Assembly (NCBI GenBank): GCA_963677895.2
Contig: CAXXGJ010000002.1
Span: 192,001-256,000 of the forward strand
Direction of reading: 5' to 3'
From: Treponemataceae bacterium
Lineage (GTDB): Bacteria; Spirochaetota; Spirochaetia; Treponematales; Rectinemataceae
DNA length: 64,000 nucleotides
A program made the translations under genes and the position numbers. This document shows positions 58,261 to 64,000 of the stretch, piece by piece; positions within the stretch are counted from its first letter, which is position 1; each line of letters opens with the position of its first letter. The notes beneath the pieces were generated by a model. The model searched no databases, had not been told where the DNA came from, and saw only the letters and a program-made list of their open reading frames with translations.

Positions 58261-58317
58261 GTATTCCTCCTTGAACGTGATTGTTCATCTTCAGGAGGGT
58301 TTTCGAAACCGGCAACG

Positions 58318-58331
58318 AGTACTTTGGTACT
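58318..58331. promoter_or_regulatory. Candidate LuxR/NarL-type operator
   Basis: AGTAC-TTTG-GTACT dyad in the 82-bp gap between regulator and binding-protein gene. Confidence 0.45.
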
Positions 58332-58342
58332 TTTGGGGCTTT

Positions 58343-59710
58343 TTAGCAGAAAAGACGCGAATCGGCGCAGAATTCTGGGTGCGATTCGGTGTAGAGACGC
58401 AGGGAATCGAGGGTGAGGCCGGCTTCCTGCATGAGGATGAGGGCGGAGAAGCGGTCTTTGGCGCCGATCTGCTGGTAGATGGCATGAAGGTGATTCTTGA
58501 CGGTCTGCTCGCGGATATCGAGCATATAGGCAATTTCCTTATTGCTCTTCCCCGTCAAAAGAAAGAGGAGGATTGTCTGCTCCTTGGGAGGCAGCGCGGA
58601 ATACCAGGGAGGCAGTTCGGTGAGTTGTTTGGAGCGTGAAGCTGAGGCTTCGACGGCGTCGGTTCCGTCCGCTGCAAGATTCCTTAATGTCGAGTATATG
58701 AGCCAGATGGCGCCCATAAAGCCTATGGCGAGGGCAATTTTCCCCAGAATCGAAAGCACGTTGCTCGACAGAGGCAATATGGAGATAAGCGTCCAGTCCC
58801 TATCGGGAATGGGACAGTAGACGACTCCGTACGTGGCCATCTTCCCGCTGTCGCCAATGACGGCCCGGTACGTGTAGCTTCCGGCTTCGGCAATGGGTGC
58901 TTTACCGTTGAAGCGCTCCTTGTAGCCGGGTATGGCTTCCGCCACAGGCTTCATCGCGAAGGAAGGATCCACCGAGGCGAGTATGGTCCCTTGCCCCTCC
59001 ATTAGCACACTGTAGTCGGTCTTCTGCGATACGGCGATACCTTCGTCCTGGGAGTAGCCGCTCACTGTCCTGGCAAGCCTGTCCGGATCGATGAGGAGTA
59101 TAAGGACGCCGAGAGACTTGTGGTCTGATCTGCGTTTGATGAGACGGGCGCAGAGGAGGATGGAGGGCGTCAGGCTGTCGCTCTGTTCATCAAACTCCCC
59201 GCCGCCGCTCAGTATTCCCCACGTCGTCCGCCCGTCCGCGATGAGCGCTTTACCCATTATCGCGGCTCTCACTGGAATCCACAACGAGCGCGTCAGAGAA
59301 TCGCTCATCGTCAACGGGATTCGGTTTTTTCCGGTGGCGTCGAAAAACACCGCGTCCCGGAGTTCTGGAACCGTTTCGGCTAATCCTTCGATATATTCCG
59401 AAAAGATGACGTTCCATCGGCTGACGTCATAATCCTCGCTGTCTGCGATATAGTCGGCTAGGGTGTCGTTGAGTATTTGGTTCGTGAGGAACTGGTAGGA
59501 AATGGTTTCGATGGCTTCCGCCAGCTCGGCGGTACGTCGCGCGCGCATCTGCAGTACATCGGCCGCATACTCCATTGGATTGCGCTGACGTTGCGAATTC
59601 CGAACATCCACCATAAAAAGCAGCATCGATGCGAGGGCAAGAAGGATACCTGCGGCGAGGGTCCATCGCCGCAGTGTAATTTTTGTTTTTCCCTCTTGAG
59701 ATAGTGGCAT
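58343..59710 (-). CDS. Membrane-anchored sensor (Cache-like) fused to LuxR/GerE HTH
   Basis: TM at ~aa16-34, ~280-aa extracytoplasmic region (ILLCARLIKR...LGVLILLID...DWTLISILP), second TM, C-terminal LPPKEQTILLFLLTGKSNKEIAYMLDIREQTVKNHLHAIYQQIG. Confidence 0.8.
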   Translation of the reverse strand: MPLSQEGKTKITLRRWTLAAGILLALASMLLFMVDVRNSQRQRNPMEYAADVLQMRARRTAELAEAIETISYQFLTNQILNDTLADYIADSEDYDVSRWNVIFSEYIEGLAETVPELRDAVFFDATGKNRIPLTMSDSLTRSLWIPVRAAIMGKALIADGRTTWGILSGGGEFDEQSDSLTPSILLCARLIKRRSDHKSLGVLILLIDPDRLARTVSGYSQDEGIAVSQKTDYSVLMEGQGTILASVDPSFAMKPVAEAIPGYKERFNGKAPIAEAGSYTYRAVIGDSGKMATYGVVYCPIPDRDWTLISILPLSSNVLSILGKIALAIGFMGAIWLIYSTLRNLAADGTDAVEASASRSKQLTELPPWYSALPPKEQTILLFLLTGKSNKEIAYMLDIREQTVKNHLHAIYQQIGAKDRFSALILMQEAGLTLDSLRLYTESHPEFCADSRLFC

Positions 59711-59765
59711 TGAAACAGTATAGCCTGATATTTCGTAATTTCAGAGCCAAATTTACGCGAATTTC

Positions 59766-60350
59766 TCAAACATGCTTTATTACGTGCTCTATCGCGATCT
59801 TGAGTCCGATGAGGACGAGGACGGAGCCGCCGACGATTTCGGCCCACTCTTCGAGGACGTTTTTCAGCTTTCTGCCGAACTGGATGCCCAAGGCGCAGGT
59901 GACGAAGGTGGTCGCGCCTATGACGATGGCCGGCACCATGATGGGCGAGCCGATCATGCTGTAGGATAGTCCCACGGCGAGGGCGTCGATGCTGGTGGCC
60001 ACCGAGAGCACGATGAGCGTGTTGAGCTTCATGATGCCGTGGCTTTTTTCCTCGTCGGGGTCGGGACAGTTCTGGGGGTTCCTGGCGCGAATGCCTTCGT
60101 AGATCATCTTCCCGCCGACGAAGGCGAGGAGGACAAAGGCGATCCAGTGGTCGTAGCCTTGGATCAGCAGTTTGAAGGTGCCGCCGAGGAGCCATCCCGC
60201 GATGGGCATGGCGAACTGGAAAAATCCGAAAAAGAAGGCGGCTCTGAGCCCTATCGCCGCCGGGATGGCGGTGGTGCAGATCGACGCCGACACCGAAACC
60301 GCGAAAGCGTCCATTGAAAGCGCGAGTCCGATCAGGAAATTCGTAAGCAC
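59766..60350 (-). CDS. mntP: Manganese efflux pump
   Basis: ALSMDAFAVS and ATSIDALAVG repeats, FQFAMP, DHW, AEIVGG. Confidence 0.93.
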   Translation of the reverse strand: MLTNFLIGLALSMDAFAVSVSASICTTAIPAAIGLRAAFFFGFFQFAMPIAGWLLGGTFKLLIQGYDHWIAFVLLAFVGGKMIYEGIRARNPQNCPDPDEEKSHGIMKLNTLIVLSVATSIDALAVGLSYSMIGSPIMVPAIVIGATTFVTCALGIQFGRKLKNVLEEWAEIVGGSVLVLIGLKIAIEHVIKHV

Positions 60351-60374
60351 GAAAAGCCCCTAGTGCGCGGCCTC

Positions 60375-61355
60375 TCAGTAGGTCCGCGTGAGAAGTTTTT
60401 GGGTGATGGAAAGCAGATCGTCCCTCGCTGCGCAGGAGGGGAGCATGTCTATTTCCTTGAGCGCCCTGGCGGTGAAATGGCGGGCGACGCTCCTGGCATG
60501 TTCCAAGGCGCCGGTGTCGGAGACGATCTTCAGGATGCGGGCGACGTTTTCGTCGTCCATGCCCTCTTTTCCGAGAAGGGGACGCAGGGCGGCTTCGGCC
60601 CGTTTCATGGCGAAAATAAGGGGGAGGGTGCAGAGCCCTTCCTTTATGTCGTTGCCGACGGGTTTCCGGAGCGTCTTATCGTCGGATTCGTAGTCGAGGA
60701 TGTCGTCGATGATCTGGAAGGCCATCCCGATATCGTAGCCAGCGCGCCTGAGCGCCTGGGTCAAGGCCGCGCCGGCCTTGGCCTCGCTCGCTCCCACATG
60801 GAGAGACAAGGAAAACAGCGCCGCCGTTTTCCCCGCTATCGTCCGCAGATAGCCGCGGCGAGATGTGGCGTAGCGGAATTTGGAAAGGTCCTGGTGGATT
60901 TCGGCCGAGCAGACGCTGCCCATGAATCGGGCGAGCACTCGCGCGCTTTTGTTGTCGGCGTAATCGGCCACGAGCCGGAAGCTCCTGGAGAAAAGCCAGT
61001 CGCCGGCCAGGATGGCGTTCGTGACGCCGAAACGCGTATGGAGGGTTGGCACGCCTCTTCGGATATCGGCCCGGTCGAGGACATCGTCGTGGATGAGGCT
61101 GGCGGCATGGATCATCTCGATGGAGGCGGCTATGTGGTTTATCTTGTCACGCTCGCCTGATTTTTTGCCTTGTTTGCCGAAGCCGGCTCCCATGAGGACA
61201 AAGGCGGGCCTCAGCATTTTGCCGCCCGAGAGGACGATTTCCTTCGTTTCGGCCGCGAGCGGGTACGAGGGATCGCTCAAGGTCTCGGCCAGTATGGCCT
61301 CGACGTCCGCGAGCCTCTTCCCGATCATCGGGGAATCCTTCCAAATATCAGTCAT
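60375..61355 (-). CDS. Trans-polyprenyl diphosphate synthase (HepT/DmkB-like)
   Basis: GGKMLRP, HAASLIHDDVLD-RRG, KTA, FQIIDDILD, GNDIKEG-TLP. Confidence 0.92.
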   Translation of the reverse strand: MTDIWKDSPMIGKRLADVEAILAETLSDPSYPLAAETKEIVLSGGKMLRPAFVLMGAGFGKQGKKSGERDKINHIAASIEMIHAASLIHDDVLDRADIRRGVPTLHTRFGVTNAILAGDWLFSRSFRLVADYADNKSARVLARFMGSVCSAEIHQDLSKFRYATSRRGYLRTIAGKTAALFSLSLHVGASEAKAGAALTQALRRAGYDIGMAFQIIDDILDYESDDKTLRKPVGNDIKEGLCTLPLIFAMKRAEAALRPLLGKEGMDDENVARILKIVSDTGALEHARSVARHFTARALKEIDMLPSCAARDDLLSITQKLLTRTY

Positions 61356-61387
61356 GTAACCTCGAAAGCCATCCAATAGGATCTCAT

Positions 61388-61431
61388 AAAAAAACCGGAC
61401 GTCCGGAATGCCAGTATCGGGGACGTCCGGT
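61388..61431 (-). terminator. Probable intrinsic terminator after ndh fusion
   Basis: ACCGGACGTCC...GGACGTCCGGT stem followed by T-run on minus strand. Confidence 0.6.
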
Positions 61432-61523
61432 CATTATGTTCGTGCCGCGGCAGCGAGCGCGGTTGGTCCGTTCGGAAGCGGGCCGCGCTCAAACGTCGCG
61501 CTAAAGCGTCGCGGGCGAATCCC

Positions 61524-63533
61524 TTATTTCGTGGGATCGTCGCCGTAGAAATGCCAGTTGCGGGCGAACTTCGTGCCGTTCCACCAGCGCTTGACGGGGG
61601 GAACGAGCCAATAGTCGCATCCGAAGGCCCTGCCCGCTCCACCCATCATCACGATGGCGGCGAAAACGAACCAGAGCTGGTTCCAGGCGAACATGCCCGA
61701 CATCGTGAAGATGAGGCACATTCCGATGCTGGCCACCGCGGCGAGCCAGGTGAAGCATCCGCCGAAGAGGGCGAGGCCGATGGCCATCTCCATCACGACG
61801 ATCATGATCTGGAAGAAGCTGAAGGGCAGGAAGGCGAAGATGCCGTCCATGAAGGTGGTCCTGAACCAGGTGACTATGCCTGAGCTGGGGTCGAAAATGG
61901 GTTTCGTGAGATCCCAGACGGCCTTGAAAGCCTTGGTCGCGGTGTCGGCGACAGCCGCCGCTCCGTCCGTCACGGCGCCCGAGGCCGCGCTGGTGGCCGC
62001 CGCTATCGTTGTCGCGGTAGTGTCGACTACCGCGCTGGCCGCGCTCGTCGCCGCGGCTATCGTGGTGGTCGTGGCTTCCGCTCCGCCTTCCCAGGCCGCG
62101 CTCGTCACCTCGGCTACTTTCACGCCCGCCTGGGTGACGCCGGGAGAGAACATCCAGCTGGAACTGGAGCCTTTGCCGAAATTGAGCCAGCCTTCGCCGA
62201 TCTTGTTGATGCCTTCGAAGAGCCACATGAGTCCGAGCCACATCCTGAGGAGGAGCGGCCAGTATCCGCGGACCTTGTAGGAGATGAATTCGCCGATGAA
62301 CGAGCGCTTGTTCTTCATGTCGAGGAATTCATGCTTGAAGTATTCCCAGACCTGATTGAAGCCGGCGATGGTGAAGAGGTAGAACATGTTGATGAAGTGC
62401 TTCATGAACATGGCGATGAAACCGGAGGTCTTGAGGTTCATGGCGTTGGCGACACCGTAGCGGCCGCCGAGGGACACCATGAAGCCGTGGTAGTTCGGCT
62501 TGAACTCGTGGCGCTCTCCGCCCTCGATGTCGGCGATGATGTTCTTGGCTGCCGTCTCGGCGGAGAAATGCGCGGACTCGACGATCTGCGCCATCGGCTT
62601 GCCGTTGTCCATCATGAGGCCGGCGTTGTCGCCGACGACGTAGACGTTGGGGTACTGGGTGGAGCGCATGCCCTTGTCGCATTCGATGCGGTTGCGCTTG
62701 CCCATCGGCAGGGCGAGGGAGCCGGCGAAGCTGGAACCCTTGACGCCGCAGGTCCAGATGAAGGAATCGGTCTCGAAGATGCTGCCGTCTTTGAGGAGGA
62801 CCTTGCCGGGTTCGGCGCCGACGATGGCCGTTCCGAGGTGGATTTCGCAGTTCTTCTTCTTGAGGTAGTTTTCGGTTTTTACGCGCAGCGGTTCCTCAAG
62901 GATGGGGAGGATCGTGGGCAGCGCCTCGATATTGACGACCCGGACTTCCTTCGGATCGATGTAGAGCTTGCGGCACATGACGTCGCGGTACTCGAGAAGC
63001 TCGCCGATCAGTTCCATGCCGGTAAAGCCGGCGCCTGCCACCACGAAGGTGAGCATCTTCCTGCGCTTGTCGGCGTCCAGTTCCTTGGATGCCTCGAGGT
63101 ACATGTGCTCGACGTGGTTGCGCAGCTTCATGGCGTCCTCGAAGGACCAGAGCGAGAAACTGTTTTCCTTGATGCCGGGAATGCCGAAGTATTCGGGCTC
63201 GGCGCCGACACCGACGACGATGAAGTCGAAAGCGTATTCGCCCACGGTTCCGAAGGCCTTTTTGGCCTCAAAGTCCACTTTTACGATCTTGTCCAACGCG
63301 ACGTTGATGCGCCTCGCGCCGAAGATTTTCTTGAAGCTCACCTGGACGGATTCCGGTTCGGTCCTCCATCCGGCGACTTCATGAAGTTCGGTCATGAGGG
63401 TGTGGAAGGGGCGCATGTCGACCAGGGTTATCTCGACATTCGGCTCTTTCCTGAAATGTTTTTCAAGGATCTTCGCCGCTTTGACGCCGCCGTAACCGCC
63501 GCCAAGGATAAGGATTTTCTTGGAAATGCTCAT
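61524..63533 (-). CDS. Type II NADH dehydrogenase fused to C-terminal DoxD/DoxX-like membrane domain
   Basis: ILGGGYGG, GAGFTGMELIGE, WTCGV, YVVGD, QIVESA; then LRMWLGLMWLFEGINK...QIMIVVMEMAIGLALFGG...AGRAFGCDY. Confidence 0.88.
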   Translation of the reverse strand: MSISKKILILGGGYGGVKAAKILEKHFRKEPNVEITLVDMRPFHTLMTELHEVAGWRTEPESVQVSFKKIFGARRINVALDKIVKVDFEAKKAFGTVGEYAFDFIVVGVGAEPEYFGIPGIKENSFSLWSFEDAMKLRNHVEHMYLEASKELDADKRRKMLTFVVAGAGFTGMELIGELLEYRDVMCRKLYIDPKEVRVVNIEALPTILPILEEPLRVKTENYLKKKNCEIHLGTAIVGAEPGKVLLKDGSIFETDSFIWTCGVKGSSFAGSLALPMGKRNRIECDKGMRSTQYPNVYVVGDNAGLMMDNGKPMAQIVESAHFSAETAAKNIIADIEGGERHEFKPNYHGFMVSLGGRYGVANAMNLKTSGFIAMFMKHFINMFYLFTIAGFNQVWEYFKHEFLDMKNKRSFIGEFISYKVRGYWPLLLRMWLGLMWLFEGINKIGEGWLNFGKGSSSSWMFSPGVTQAGVKVAEVTSAAWEGGAEATTTTIAAATSAASAVVDTTATTIAAATSAASGAVTDGAAAVADTATKAFKAVWDLTKPIFDPSSGIVTWFRTTFMDGIFAFLPFSFFQIMIVVMEMAIGLALFGGCFTWLAAVASIGMCLIFTMSGMFAWNQLWFVFAAIVMMGGAGRAFGCDYWLVPPVKRWWNGTKFARNWHFYGDDPTK
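61940..62110 (-). repeat. Degenerate ~54-57 bp in-frame repeats (Ala/Thr/Ser-rich)
   Basis: GGCCGCGCT(G/C)GT recurs near 61983, 62037 and 62094; protein EVTSAAW...TTIAAATSAASA...TTIAAATSAASG. Confidence 0.75.
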
Positions 63534-63796
63534 TAAGAAACTCCCAGTTTAATAGTAGATTGGATTTTTCCGGACAGATTCTAGCACAGGTTTCTAAAAA
63601 TTACTATATACTTGTATCGATATATCTAAAGCTTAATCGGCTCCAGGATCCATCGAAGGGCATGCCGGTTCCGCATTTCGTCGATCCCGGCCATAGCTTC
63701 ACTTTTCCTTCGGATTAGGGTATTATCGGACGCTTACCTGCGAAGCAAAACGTCCCCGGAGAGCCGGGCACATATTTTTATAGTTTAGGAACGTAT

Positions 63797-64000
63797 ATGG
63801 ACTTATCGCGTTTTTCCATCGACGCGGCGCTGTTTTCGGGCGCCGACGCATCCAATGCATATCGGTCGATCTTTTTCGAGAGGCTGCTAGCGGGTCTCTT
63901 CGAAGCCAATGAAAATCTTTTCGTGAGGACGGACATCCAGAAGGAAAGGGAGCAGATTTTCAGCTTCCCCGCCCTGTATTGGCTCACCCTTGCCGGGCAC
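63797..64000 (+). CDS. Hypothetical protein, 5' part (runs off window)
   Basis: AGGA-N6-ATG then 68 open codons to the window edge (MDLSRFSIDAALFSGADAS...); no motif recognised. Confidence 0.4.
   Translation, partial: MDLSRFSIDAALFSGADASNAYRSIFFERLLAGLFEANENLFVRTDIQKEREQIFSFPALYWLTLAGH

Noticed and set aside
63778..63987. 69-aa minus-strand ORF
   Set aside because: No motif; the opposite strand has an RBS-led frame open to the window edge that is more plausible
1..64000. CRISPR arrays, tRNA/rRNA, IS elements, toxin-antitoxin or defence genes
   Set aside because: No regularly spaced repeats, cloverleaf motifs or diagnostic protein motifs recognised by eye; small degenerate elements could have been missed

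Overview
GC-rich bacterial chromosomal segment, most consistent with a free-living Treponema/Rectinema-like spirochaete (inferred from rpoN-hpf-hprK-ptsH-lexA-holA-traB synteny and protein style; not database-verified). Left to right: SOS/PTS/sigma-54 housekeeping genes (lexA interrupted by an in-frame TAA); grpE-dnaK-dnaJ; a second J-domain protein and a zinc-ribbon membrane protein; csoR-copA-copZ with a visible operator; a cobamide salvage/remodelling operon (flavin reductase-cobU-cbiR-like-cobS-cobD-cbiB); an 11-kb uncharacterised sugar-acid catabolic cluster around a TctABC transporter and a GH88-like hydrolase; an accessory block (P3A H+-ATPase, sigma-54-driven SHOCT protein and membrane ferredoxin); an Fbp/Afu-type ABC transporter; fluC, LUD, GH13, MerR/TipA, NagD, ArsC-family; a cobalamin-riboswitch operon (cbiP-cobT-btuFCD-cobA, btuD frameshifted); XRE-leuC-leuD followed by a DUF2892 cassette flanked by diverged copies of the leuD 3' end; a two-ATPase ABC transporter behind a membrane-anchored sensor-LuxR one-component regulator; mntP; a polyprenyl synthase; and an NDH-2 fused to a DoxD-like membrane domain with Ala/Thr/Ser repeats. 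No rRNA, tRNA, CRISPR array, transposase or phage genes were recognised. All calls come from motifs read by eye; no searches were run.
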